From Dehalococcoidia bacterium (GTDB lineage: Bacteria > Chloroflexota > Dehalococcoidia > DSTF01 > WHTK01): 64,000 nt of DNA. Under the pieces are notes generated by a model. The model saw only the letters and a program-made list of their open reading frames with translations. It had not been told where the DNA came from and ran no database searches. The stretch is taken from positions 5,106 to 69,105 of the forward strand of contig DASTLN010000126.1 of the NCBI GenBank assembly GCA_035714925.1, in the 5' to 3' direction. Of the stretch, positions 20,520 through 29,569 are shown one piece after another (within the stretch, counting starts at the first letter, position 1; every line of letters starts with the position of its first letter). A program made the position numbers and the translations under genes.

Positions 20520-20582
20520 CCCGTCCTCTAGCGCCGGCGTGACCGGCCGCCACATCGCACCTTTCATCAGGAGGCTTCAGCC

Positions 20583-20924
20583 ATGGCAGGGACCAGCGGG
20601 TTCGACCATATCGCCATCGCCGTGCCGGACCTGGACGCGCAGGTTGAGCGCCTGACGGCCGCGTTCGGAATGGTGGTCCAGAGCCGCTCCGAGCGCTACG
20701 CACTCTTCGCCGACCCGGCGTCCGGCTTCAAGATCGAGATGAACCTATCGGAGGACGGCGAGGCCCGCTTTCGCCATCTGGGCTTTCGCTCGGCCGACGT
20801 GGACGGCGAGCATCAGACGCTGCTCGACGCCTCGAGTCTGAAACCCGACACCGGATCCGCCACTTTTTCGTGGCTAGCAGCAGAACGGTTTGCACACCAG
20901 TGCATCGGCGCGATGCGATTGTAA
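20583..20924 (+). CDS. VOC/glyoxalase family protein; its last ~65 nt are duplicated at 24701-24770
   Basis: 113 aa, glyoxalase-like N-terminus (FDHIAIAVPDL). AGGAGG RBS. Confidence 0.7.
   Translation: MAGTSGFDHIAIAVPDLDAQVERLTAAFGMVVQSRSERYALFADPASGFKIEMNLSEDGEARFRHLGFRSADVDGEHQTLLDASSLKPDTGSATFSWLAAERFAHQCIGAMRL
20853..20924 (+). repeat. direct repeat copy A (3' end of VOC gene), ~92% identical to 24701-24770
   Basis: Sequence ccgccacttttt-cgtggctagcagcagaacggtttgcacaccagtgcatcggcgcgatgcgattgtaa versus the copy at 24701-24770, which differs at about 6 positions. Confidence 0.8.
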
Positions 20925-21130
20925 CCCGATCCTCTCACGCGGGAGTCAGTTTAGCCATGAGGCTCTTGTGGTCGTCGCCGATCGTGATCGAGCGGAGCGA
21001 CCGTCGAGTACCTGAAGGTCGGTAAATCTCTGGCGATATCGCCTAGTCTTCTCGACCTGAGATGTCTTTTGGTAGATTCATAACCCGAGCTTGGTAGCTA
21101 TGTCCCACTCAGAATGCGCAGGCAGGCGTT

Positions 21131-21586
21131 CTATCCATCCGTGGCCGGCAGCTTGGATTCGCCGCCCGCCCCAGGCCCGTCGAGCAACTTGACGTCTCGG
21201 CGCTCCAGCGGTTCGCCGCACTCCGAGCAAGTCACGACGGTCGTGGCGACGCGGCCACAGCGACGATGCAGGAGCTGCAAGGGAGGGCCATTCGGCGACT
21301 CCCAGCGGTCACCCCACTCACGCAGGGCCGTGAGCACCCGCCACAGGTCCGCGCCCTTCTCGGTCAGGCGATAGTCGAACCTCACCGGGCGCTCCTGATA
21401 GGGCACCTTCTCCGCCACGCCGGCTTCGACCAGCCGGTTGAGGCGCTCGGTCAGGACGTTGCGGGCGATACCCAGACGCTCCTGGAAGTCGTCGAAGCGG
21501 GAGACGCCCAGAAACAGGTCTCGGAGGAGAAGCGGCGTCCACCACTCGCCGATCACCTCGAGTGACCGGGCGACGCTGCAGTTCAT
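21131..21586 (-). CDS. HxlR-family (MarR-like wHTH) transcriptional regulator with C-terminal CxxC zinc-ribbon tail
   Basis: HxlR signature (TPLLLRDLFLGVSRFDDFQERLGIARNVLTERL). Divergent from the MFS gene. Confidence 0.75.
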   Translation of the reverse strand: MNCSVARSLEVIGEWWTPLLLRDLFLGVSRFDDFQERLGIARNVLTERLNRLVEAGVAEKVPYQERPVRFDYRLTEKGADLWRVLTALREWGDRWESPNGPPLQLLHRRCGRVATTVVTCSECGEPLERRDVKLLDGPGAGGESKLPATDG

Positions 21587-21663
21587 TCCTTCAAAGCTCG
21601 TACGGCGCATACCAGCATCCTAATGGGTTGCGTTATAAAACTCAATGGCCTACAGTGCGTTGC

Positions 21664-23118
21664 ATGACGAAACTCACTGCCGCCCTCGATCCTCCAGGGC
21701 CCGTGGCGCGACCCGGGTGGCGGACGCTCGCGATCGCCAGTCTCGCCGTGCTCGCGACCTTCCTGGACGCCACGGCGCTGTACGTTGCCTTTCCCGACAT
21801 CGGGCGCAGCTTCGGGTCCGTTTCGGCGGCATCGCTATCCTGGGTGCTCAACGGTTACACGATCACCTTCGCCGCCCTCCTGGTACCGGCGGGGAAGGTC
21901 GCCGACCGAGTCGGTCACAAGCAGGCGTTCCTTGCTGGGTCGACGCTGTTCACGCTGGCGTCCCTGCTGTGCGCGCTTGCGCCCAACATCGAGCTCCTGG
22001 TGGCTTTCAGGCTCGCCCAGGCGGCTGGCGCCGCGGCGTTGCTGCCATCCTCGCTGGCGCTGGTCCTGCGCGCTTTCCCCCGAGAGCAGCTGCCGTTGGC
22101 CGTGGCGGTCTGGGGCGCCGCGGGAGCCGCCGCCGGCGCACTTGGCCCCACGCTTGGAGCGGCGGTGGTAGAGGCTGGCGGCTGGCGTTGGGTCTTCCTG
22201 ATAAACCTTCCCGTCGGCCTCGTCACGCTTGGAGCCGGCCTTCGCCTGCTCGCGGAATACAAGGACCCGGGTGTGCGCCTCCCGGCTTTCGCCGGCATCG
22301 GGCTCGTCGCGGCGGGAGCTGCCCTGGTTTCTTTGGGCGTAGTGCAGAGCGACGCCTGGGGATGGACGGACGGCCGCGCGCTGACGGCAATCGGGGGCGG
22401 CGTGGCGATTCTTGCGCTTTTCGTCGTCAGCCAGCGGCAAAGTGACGCTCCGGTGCTCGACCTCGATCTGTTCGCATCGGCCAACTTCCGTTGGGCGAAC
22501 CTGGCGACCCTGGCCTTCGGTGCTGCGTTCACCGCGATGTTCTTCGGCTCTGTCCTCTTTCTCACTCAGGTATGGCAATGGTCCGTCCTGGAGGCCGGAC
22601 TCGGCATCGCCCCGGGTCCCTTGCTGGTAGCCCTCCTGTCACCCGTCTTTGGCCGGGTAGCAAGGGGGAAGGGACAGCGGCCGCTGCTGATTCTGGGCGG
22701 CATCTCGTTTGCCCTCGGCGGCCTCTGGCGGCTGGTGGCACTGGATGAAACGCCCAATTACCTCGTCGATTACCTGCCGTCCATGCTCTTTACGGGCACA
22801 GGTGTGGCGCTTTGCCTGCCGCAGCTGTCGAGCGTGGTGGCCCAGTCCCTCGCCCCGGGCCGGCTGGGCGTTGGCAGCGCCCTGCACCAGTCAGCGCGCC
22901 AGTTCGCCGGCACGCTTGGGGTGGCGCTCACCATCGCGCTCGTCGGGCAAACGTCGCCGCCGGAGGACGGCCTGCCGGGCTTCGACCTGATCTGGTGGCT
23001 GATAGTCGCCGGCGGCCTAGCGACCGCGCTCCTAGTCCTTCCTTTACGCACGCATCCGCAGGTGGCAGAAGAGCGGATCACTGGCTCGCTAGCGCAGCCG
23101 GGACAGCGGGCAACGTAG
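21664..23118 (+). CDS. MFS transporter, DHA2 (EmrB/QacA-like, 14-TM) drug-efflux family
   Basis: About 485 aa from ATG at 21664. 14 hydrophobic segments. MFS motif GKVADRVGHK. Confidence 0.8.
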   Translation: MTKLTAALDPPGPVARPGWRTLAIASLAVLATFLDATALYVAFPDIGRSFGSVSAASLSWVLNGYTITFAALLVPAGKVADRVGHKQAFLAGSTLFTLASLLCALAPNIELLVAFRLAQAAGAAALLPSSLALVLRAFPREQLPLAVAVWGAAGAAAGALGPTLGAAVVEAGGWRWVFLINLPVGLVTLGAGLRLLAEYKDPGVRLPAFAGIGLVAAGAALVSLGVVQSDAWGWTDGRALTAIGGGVAILALFVVSQRQSDAPVLDLDLFASANFRWANLATLAFGAAFTAMFFGSVLFLTQVWQWSVLEAGLGIAPGPLLVALLSPVFGRVARGKGQRPLLILGGISFALGGLWRLVALDETPNYLVDYLPSMLFTGTGVALCLPQLSSVVAQSLAPGRLGVGSALHQSARQFAGTLGVALTIALVGQTSPPEDGLPGFDLIWWLIVAGGLATALLVLPLRTHPQVAEERITGSLAQPGQRAT

Positions 23119-23137
23119 ATGTCCTGAGAGGGCAGAA

Positions 23138-24022
23138 ATGCAACCCCATGAGTTTCCAGGTACGACGTACGTGACCACGTGGAGCAACGGCCGAGGCGAG
23201 GTTCGTTTCTTCACACGGTCCGATGGTTCACGGCTACGCTACTTCACCACAGGCGATGGTCCGCCCCTCGTTCTAATGCACACCGTTCGGACGCAGCTAG
23301 ACTACTTTCAGCGCGTGATTACGCGGGTGTGGGACCACTACACGGTCTACGCGCTGGATCTCCCCGGGATGGGATGGTCCGACATCGTCCCTGGCGCATG
23401 CTACGAGGAGCCGGATCTGCGCGCCGCGGTGGTCGAATTCGTGACTGGACTGGGCCTTCACGGCGTCACACTGGCGGGTGAATCGCTCGGAGCTGCCCTC
23501 GCATTGTCCGCATCGATCGATCTCGGCGACAGAGTCAGCCGGGTCGTGGCGTTCAACGCCTACGACTACCCCAGTGGATTGGAGCGCGGCAACTGGCTCG
23601 CCCGTTTCATCATCACCTGTGTACGGCTGCCCTTGCTAGGGCCGGTTTTCGCGCGCCAAGAGCCCCGGCCCATCCTGCGCGCGGTACTACAAGGCGGCTT
23701 CATCGATAAGACCAAGTTGCCTGAGGACTTCGTGGAAGAGCTCTTGAGGAGCGGACGCCGCGAGAATTACTCAACGGTGGCCCGGGCAGTCTACCGCAGC
23801 CTCAAGGGATTCAATCGCGCGCGGCGACGTTACCCGGAAGTATCGGCTCCGGTCACCCTCGTCTACAGCGACCGTGACTGGTCTCGGCCTGCCGAGCGAG
23901 ATCAGGTAGCAAGCTCGTTGGCGAATGTTCAACGGATCGCGCTGCACCACACCGGCCACTTCTCCTCGTTGGAGCGCCCTGACGACGTCGCGCGGATTCT
24001 ACTTGGCGCTGTCGGGAGCTGA
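23138..24022 (+). CDS. alpha/beta hydrolase
   Basis: 294 aa. HGG-type oxyanion region and nucleophile elbow GESLGAAL. Confidence 0.8.
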   Translation: MQPHEFPGTTYVTTWSNGRGEVRFFTRSDGSRLRYFTTGDGPPLVLMHTVRTQLDYFQRVITRVWDHYTVYALDLPGMGWSDIVPGACYEEPDLRAAVVEFVTGLGLHGVTLAGESLGAALALSASIDLGDRVSRVVAFNAYDYPSGLERGNWLARFIITCVRLPLLGPVFARQEPRPILRAVLQGGFIDKTKLPEDFVEELLRSGRRENYSTVARAVYRSLKGFNRARRRYPEVSAPVTLVYSDRDWSRPAERDQVASSLANVQRIALHHTGHFSSLERPDDVARILLGAVGS

Positions 24023-24597
24023 GCGCGGATCCAGAGAACAAACACCGTGCCCGGCAGATACTTCGCGCCTCGGACCAGCTTCGCCCGCGGCCATCGCTGC
24101 GCCCGCTCACCAGCATGCCCAGCCCGTTGCAGAACTACGACGGCAGCCGCCTCTAGCGCTGCGTCCGCGACGCGTGGACCTTGAGTCAACGATTCATTGC
24201 CGCTCCGTCCAGTGTGGAGATGGCAGGCCAGTTCGTCCTCACCGGCGAAATGGCCCCGCCACGTTAGACCGGGCTGTCGGCGTCCCTGCCTCGAGTGCAA
24301 CTTTTCCAACCAGCGAAGCTCTTGACCGTCAGCCAGTGGTTCCCCGCCGCTATTGGGCCATTCAACCTGATGACGGCGTCACGACGATCAGGGAGTGCCT
24401 CAGGCAGTTCGCCCACGCTAACTACCTAAGATGCGTGAACCCACGCGACCGTCGCGTGCGGTTAGCGTGACCGAAAGCAGCAGAACGGTTGAGAAGGCGG
24501 CGTAACGGTTTAAGGGACCCCGCAACCGTCAGGCGGTCATGCGTAAACGACAAGCGTGCCGATTCGAGTCTGAGACCGATACGCTGCTAGGCGGAAG

Positions 24598-24650
24598 TGG
24601 CGTCCCTGGAGGGATTCGAACCCCCGACCCGCCGCTTAGAAGGCTCAGTA
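24598..24650 (-). other. tRNA 3'-end-like fragment (variable loop, T-arm, acceptor 3' strand, CCA) with no matching 5' half
   Basis: Minus strand reads GGGTCGGGGGTTCGAATCCCTCCAGGGACGCCA, with canonical GTTCGAATC T-loop and CCA. No complementary acceptor 5' strand or anticodon arm could be folded upstream. Confidence 0.5.
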
Positions 24651-24700
24651 GCGGGAACTACTTGGCGGCGTAACGGTTTTGAATCTGAGAACCGGCCCCA

Positions 24701-24770
24701 GATCCGCCACTTTTCGTGGCTGGCAGCAGAACGGCTTGCACGCCAGTGCATCAGCGCGATGCGATCGTAA
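24701..24770 (+). repeat. direct repeat copy B (pseudo 3' end of VOC gene), partner of 20853-20924
   Basis: Same frame would encode FSWLAAERLARQCISAMRS*, against ...FSWLAAERFAHQCIGAMRL* in the intact gene. Confidence 0.8.
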
Positions 24771-25042
24771 TGCTGGTTGGTGGCACTCTCTACCCGGTAG
24801 GAAGGATCAACGGATTAGGTAGCTAGATAGAGCGCCTTAGTCCGCCGGTCCAACCTGAATCTGAAGCAGCCGCGCCACCGTGCGACTTCGACGTGAGTCC
24901 GTTGGTCTAATTCGACCGCCGCTCGTGAGTTTGCCAGCGTTGGCCGGCGTTTGCACCGGCTTGCCCCGTTTGTCTTCAAAGGTTGGCAGTTCCGGACGAC
25001 GGCGTCCGCAATGCGCTCAGGTGTATTGTGGTGGCGTGCGGT

Positions 25043-26047
25043 CTAGTGGGCGGCTTGGGGCCAAACAGGTGTAAGACGGGGGAACAGGGCGCCGAGGTCC
25101 CTGCCGACGCCTTTCTCCTGAGCGATCTGGTAAAGACGGAAGGCCGGCAGTGTATCCTGGGCGGCCGTGCCGACCGTCTTCAGTAGCGTAACCTCGTCGG
25201 GGCCCTGTCGGCCCGGCCGGACGCCTCCCACGACGTCTTCTAGCGCGTCGATCTCATCCCAGGTCGTGATCCCCTTCTCTACCTGGCGGGTGATGTCCCA
25301 GGACTCCTCGGGGAACGTCTTCTTCGCATCGACCACCACTCGGTCGGCGCGCCGCACGACCTCATCGTCCAACTCGGCCCGCCCAGCGATCGAGCTGACA
25401 TGCATGCCCGGACTGAGCCACTCGCCCAGCAGTACAGGCGGGCGGTTCGGGCCGGTGACGCCACTCCCGCCGATAACGATGTCAGCCCCGTCCACGGCCT
25501 TCTGCGCGGAATCTACGCCGACGATGTCTATGCCTTCGCCTTTAAACCGCCGCACGAACGCGTCCCGGTGCTCCTCGGTCGGGCTGAAGACCTTGCACTC
25601 GCTGATTTCGAAGAGTGTCGAGTGCGCCGCCAGGCTGGCCGACGCCTGGTTGCCCGAGCCAATGACGCCGAATTTGTGCGAGTCGGATCGGGCGAGGTAC
25701 TTCGATGCGATGGCGGCGACTGCCCCGGTACGACGGTCCCTGAGCGTCTGGGCATCGATCATCATCAACTCCGACTGCTCGTCCCAGAGAATGAGCATGG
25801 GGCTCGGCGACAGGGTGCGCAGGGTGGTGATGCCGTAGGGGCGAAGGTAGGCGATCATGAACGCAGGGCTGCCTGGTGGAAGCCCCGGCATGATGGTGCC
25901 CTCTGGGAGCGGCTCGCGCAGAAACTTGAAGCGAGGCATCTCCTCCGCCTGACCCTGCGCCTGCAGCTTGAGCACCTCCTCGCACGCCTCAATGCACAGC
26001 TCGAAGCTGAGCAGCTTACCCACGTCATCCCGGTTCAGGTAGAGCAT
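25043..26047 (-). CDS. ornithine cyclodeaminase / mu-crystallin family protein
   Basis: 334 aa. OCD/mu-crystallin Rossmann region (KFGVIGSGNQA) and overall family similarity. Confidence 0.85.
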   Translation of the reverse strand: MLYLNRDDVGKLLSFELCIEACEEVLKLQAQGQAEEMPRFKFLREPLPEGTIMPGLPPGSPAFMIAYLRPYGITTLRTLSPSPMLILWDEQSELMMIDAQTLRDRRTGAVAAIASKYLARSDSHKFGVIGSGNQASASLAAHSTLFEISECKVFSPTEEHRDAFVRRFKGEGIDIVGVDSAQKAVDGADIVIGGSGVTGPNRPPVLLGEWLSPGMHVSSIAGRAELDDEVVRRADRVVVDAKKTFPEESWDITRQVEKGITTWDEIDALEDVVGGVRPGRQGPDEVTLLKTVGTAAQDTLPAFRLYQIAQEKGVGRDLGALFPRLTPVWPQAAH

Positions 26048-26139
26048 GATGTCCCCTCACAATGCGCGGCGGAACACCGATGGTGCTCCGCCGCGGCAAT
26101 CACAGATGTCGCTCGGACCTTTAAGCTCGGGCGGCCCGG

Positions 26140-26679
26140 CTACTCGCCCTCGCAGACGACCGTCGTGTCGAAGGCGCCACCCAGGGGTTGGGGTCCCTCG
26201 ACCGAGAGGTACTTGAGCCGCGTGGTGCCGGTGTTCCCCATGCCGTGCCACTGGCCCGGCAGGGCGTGGCAGACGTCGCCGGCCTTGACGGGATGCACCT
26301 CGTCGAGGTCCGGGCCGCCGTAGAACTCGCCCTCTCCTTCGAGGATGACCCAGATCGTCTCGGCGTGGACGTGGTGGTGCAGGTACTTGCGGTTGCCCGG
26401 CTCGATGTAGGCGCACTGGATCAGGTGGACGCTGGGCACCTCTCGCCTATCGACCAGGTTGTTGCCCATGATCTGGCCGATGCCGGGCGTACGGAAGGCC
26501 ACCGGGGGTTTTGTGCCGCCCTTGAGCGCCACCGGCCGGAACTTGTCTTCCTTCTTGTACTCCTCCTCGATGTTGAAGGTGCGTACGGTCTTCTTGTCGC
26601 GCCACTCATCTGCCCGCTTGTGTTCGTCGGGCTCGAACTCCGTGGGCGTGAACGGTGGACGGGACTGCTGCTGGACCAT
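26140..26679 (-). CDS. cupin domain protein
   Basis: 179 aa. Cupin His motifs (HHHVHAETIWVILEGEGEF..., HALPGQWHGMGN). Confidence 0.7.
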   Translation of the reverse strand: MVQQQSRPPFTPTEFEPDEHKRADEWRDKKTVRTFNIEEEYKKEDKFRPVALKGGTKPPVAFRTPGIGQIMGNNLVDRREVPSVHLIQCAYIEPGNRKYLHHHVHAETIWVILEGEGEFYGGPDLDEVHPVKAGDVCHALPGQWHGMGNTGTTRLKYLSVEGPQPLGGAFDTTVVCEGE

Positions 26680-26735
26680 GTCTATCCTCCTCTATGCGCG
26701 TGTACTGCTTCCAAGCCGGACCCGCTGATAACGCC

Positions 26736-27437
26736 TCAGATTGAATCCAGACCTTGAGACTCCATGTGGGCGACGATGTCTGCCTTGAGCGATGAGACAT
26801 GACGGCGCACGATCTCCTCGGCCCGTCCGTCTCTCTGCCGCAACGCCTCGACCAGTTCAGCGTGCTCGTCCTGAGCCTTCTCGGGACGGCCCGGCAGGTT
26901 GAACTGGTGCTCCACCGTGGCAAACCGCACCCGCTGCACCCAGATCCGTATCTCACCCAGCAATCGCAGCAGCCGTTGGTTGTTTGCGGCCTGGGCGACG
27001 CAGTCATGCAAAGCCACGTCGGCGGCGTTGAACGTCGGGTAGTCGTTCCGGTCGATCCCTCGTTTCCCCTGCTGAAGATGATCTTCCAGGTGCGCGAAGT
27101 CTTCGGGTGTCATGCGCGCCTGGGCCAGCCGCGTGACCTCCGCCTCCAGCGCCTCACGCACTTCGAAGATCTCCTCGACATCCCGAATGGTCAGGCGGAC
27201 GACGCGCGCGCCGCGGCGCGGCAGCAGCTCGACGAAACCCTCTGATGCCAACCGCACCATGGCGTCGTGTACCGGCGTCGTGCTGACACCGAGTTGCCGC
27301 GCCAGGTCCGACTCCGTGAGCAGGCTTCCGCCGCCAAACTGCGCGTTGCGAAGCGCCGTCCTCAGCTGCTCGTACGCCAGCTGAGATTGGGAGGGAGGCC
27401 GCTCGATGGCAGCCAGAGTGACCAGAGGTGCGCTCAT
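26736..27437 (-). CDS. GntR family transcriptional regulator (FadR/FCD C-terminal domain)
   Basis: N-terminal GntR wHTH (LLTESDLARQLGVSTTPVHDAMVRLASEG) plus FCD domain. Confidence 0.85.
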   Translation of the reverse strand: MSAPLVTLAAIERPPSQSQLAYEQLRTALRNAQFGGGSLLTESDLARQLGVSTTPVHDAMVRLASEGFVELLPRRGARVVRLTIRDVEEIFEVREALEAEVTRLAQARMTPEDFAHLEDHLQQGKRGIDRNDYPTFNAADVALHDCVAQAANNQRLLRLLGEIRIWVQRVRFATVEHQFNLPGRPEKAQDEHAELVEALRQRDGRAEEIVRRHVSSLKADIVAHMESQGLDSI

Positions 27438-27599
27438 AGACGCTCCAATCTTAAGTCTTAGATCTCAGACGATACGCTATCAGGAGAAGCTCCTGCCAGG
27501 CAATGGAATCAAGCATTCTTTCCTTCGATGCTTAGGATTCTTCGTGGCAATGTCAGGACCGGTGGCGCAGACGCTGGCGGGTCGGCTCCCGGCGAGGAG

Positions 27600-28580
27600 T
27601 CAGCGCAGGAGCCGGTCCGCCGTGCCGTGATAGATGGCGTCCTTCTCCGCGCCGGTCAGGTCTTGACGTTCGATTGACTCGATCATGGGCTCATACCCAC
27701 GCGCGAATGGATAATCCGTGCCGAACACGATCTGCGAAGCGCCGACCGTCTGTAGCGCCGCGCTCCAGAGGTTCTGCGCCGGCGTGACCGTGTCGTAGTA
27801 CAGCCTCGTCAGGTAGTCGTGGATCGGCTTCGGCGTCTCGCGCCGCTTGCCGGCTGAGCCCATCGGGCCGGCCCCGCCACCGCCAATTCGGTCCCACGCG
27901 GCCAGCACGAACGCGCCCATGTGCGGCACGATCAGGTTGATGTCCGGGTTCTCCTCGAACACGCCGCTGTTCGCCAGCTTCAGCGTTGCCACGGCGCCGT
28001 CGTATATGAAGCCCGCGCCGGTGGCAATGTCCCAGTCCACGGTCTCTTCGTAAGCGGGGGGCGTTACCGGGTGGAGAAGCACGGTGACTTTCAGCCGGTT
28101 CATCTCGCGATACAACGGCCGAAACCGCTCGTCGTCCAGGCCGACGCCGCGTACGTTCGCGCCCAGCATGACTCCGTGCATTCCCAGGTCATTGATCGTG
28201 CGGTCGAGCTCCTTCAAGGCCGCGTCGACGTGCGGTAGCGGCAGACAGGGCATGCCCTTGAAGCGCTCGGGGTACCTGGCGCAGAGCTCGGCGATGTGGT
28301 CGTTTGTGATGCGGGCCGCTTCGACGGCATCGCTTTCCTTTTCGAAGTAGGCCTGGGGGATCGGGAGAGACAAAGCCTGCACCTGGACGCCAGCGCGGTC
28401 CATGACTTCGAGATGCGCGGCAACGTCCCACATGGCGGGGTTCGTCGAGATCCGGTTATCCAGAAGGAAGGCTGCATGCCGTCCCCAAGGGGTGGAGTCG
28501 TTGTGGACGATGTCGCGAATGAACTCGAGGTAACGCTCGGGATAAATATGGGCGTGCACATCCACGATTCCTGAGGGCAT
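27600..28580 (-). CDS. amidohydrolase-2 family protein (ACMSD/LigW-like metal-dependent hydrolase or decarboxylase)
   Basis: 326 aa. N-terminal VDVHAHIYP and family-typical HxH...D pattern. Confidence 0.8.
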   Translation of the reverse strand: MPSGIVDVHAHIYPERYLEFIRDIVHNDSTPWGRHAAFLLDNRISTNPAMWDVAAHLEVMDRAGVQVQALSLPIPQAYFEKESDAVEAARITNDHIAELCARYPERFKGMPCLPLPHVDAALKELDRTINDLGMHGVMLGANVRGVGLDDERFRPLYREMNRLKVTVLLHPVTPPAYEETVDWDIATGAGFIYDGAVATLKLANSGVFEENPDINLIVPHMGAFVLAAWDRIGGGGAGPMGSAGKRRETPKPIHDYLTRLYYDTVTPAQNLWSAALQTVGASQIVFGTDYPFARGYEPMIESIERQDLTGAEKDAIYHGTADRLLR

Positions 28581-28657
28581 AGTTACTCGCTCCCCGCATT
28601 AATCACAAAGAGATCGCCGCTAAGGATCGAAGGCCGACGTTTCCTGGCAGCGGCTCA

Positions 28658-29569
28658 TTAATCTGCTCTGGGACGGGAGTTTGCCGAGAGCGGCGGCCCC
28701 AGACCAGGCGCGTGCTCTAAACGCCCCCCGGGTGCGAAGTCCTCGATGCTGAGGTGCTCGGCCCCCGCCTCCAGGCGCATGCCGTGTGCGATCGTGTTGA
28801 ACGACAGGGAATGCATCGTCATCGCCGTCGCCTCGACGATCCCCCGGTCATCGAGACCGCAGGAATGTCGCAGTATCTGCGTCTGATAGGCGATCCAGTA
28901 CGGGCTCTGCCTGAAGAGCGCGACGGCGAAGGCCGCGCAGTTCTTCACCAGCTCATCGAGGACTCCGGGTCCGAAGATGAGCCGGTTCTTCCGCCATGCA
29001 GCCTCCAGGAAACGAGGGTGGTGCGCGAAGGCACGCCATATGTTCGGCGCTCTGTCCACGTTCAGCGCCGAGCCCGCCCACTCGCGGATCTCCGCCAGAG
29101 TAGCCGCCGCGTCCGGCGCGGAGGCTTCATCGAGGAGCTCCACCGAGGCGATGGCGGGCGCAACCTCATTGGGGATGTCAGGCTCCAGCCGGAACGCCGC
29201 GGCTGCTGCCGTCAAGCTCGCCATGTGCTCGGCGATCGCCGCCAGCTCGACTACGGCGCGGTCACTGTTGGTAAGCCGCATCACGGCGGCTGAGTGGGCA
29301 GTAAGTCAATAATTGCAGTGGTTCGTCATCGATACGGCTGTGTGTATTGCCTCCTTGGCGAGCCGCGGCAGTTTACCCTGCAGCATGTAAGCCATGCCTG
29401 TCTCCGCGTGGTTGGCTTCCAGCCAGGCAGGCCAGTGGGTCTGCACACCGAAGATCGAGGGGTTCAGAAGCTGCTCGGGAGATTGCCCCGTGCGTTTCGC
29501 CATACGTTCCAGGATGGCGCGGTCATCTTCGGAGAAGTCGGACAGTTTGGGAGTTCGGAGAGTAGTCAT
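28658..29569 (-). CDS. AhpD/carboxymuconolactone-decarboxylase (CMD) family protein with in-frame TGA at 29306-29308 at the second catalytic Cys: putative selenoprotein
   Basis: Track ORFs 29306..29569 and 28658..29284 are in the same frame, separated by one TGA plus 7 sense codons. Read-through gives ...EAIHTAVSMTNHCNY-U-LTAH..., matching the AhpD core E-x11-C-x-x-C-x-x-x-H. A hairpin begins about 15 nt after the TGA. Confidence 0.6.

Larger units (their letters stand above)
24430..24960 (+). repeat. non-coding interspersed repeat copy R-b; carries a ~230-bp insertion (tRNA 3' fragment, hairpin units, VOC 3' duplicate) relative to R-c
   Basis: Flanks align with 56628-56940 at ~75-85% identity (gcgtgaac..gcgtgcgg..gaaagcagcagaacggtt / tgcgtaaacga.aagcgtgccgatt / ggtagctagata..cgccttagtccg.cggtcca / gagtccg.tggtcta / tgagttt.cc). 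Confidence 0.7.

Noticed and set aside
20925-24430. Search for integrase, recombinase or transposase genes that would explain the flanking duplications
   Set aside because: None of the ORFs in or near the modules shows tyrosine or serine recombinase or DDE motifs. Mobility therefore remains inferred from the repeats only.
23925-24470. ORFs 23925..24470(+) and 23929..24309(-) in the 1-kb spacer
   Set aside because: No RBS, low-complexity Arg/Pro-rich products and no family similarity. More likely non-coding or a decayed remnant.
24598-24700. Possible complete tRNA (even tRNA-Sec, given the selenoprotein candidates) on the minus strand around the T-arm-like sequence
   Set aside because: Only the T-arm, acceptor 3' strand and CCA can be formed. 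No complementary acceptor 5' strand, D-arm or 7-nt anticodon loop with a TCA anticodon could be folded. CGGTT...AACCG hairpins with 11-nt loops are not anticodon arms.
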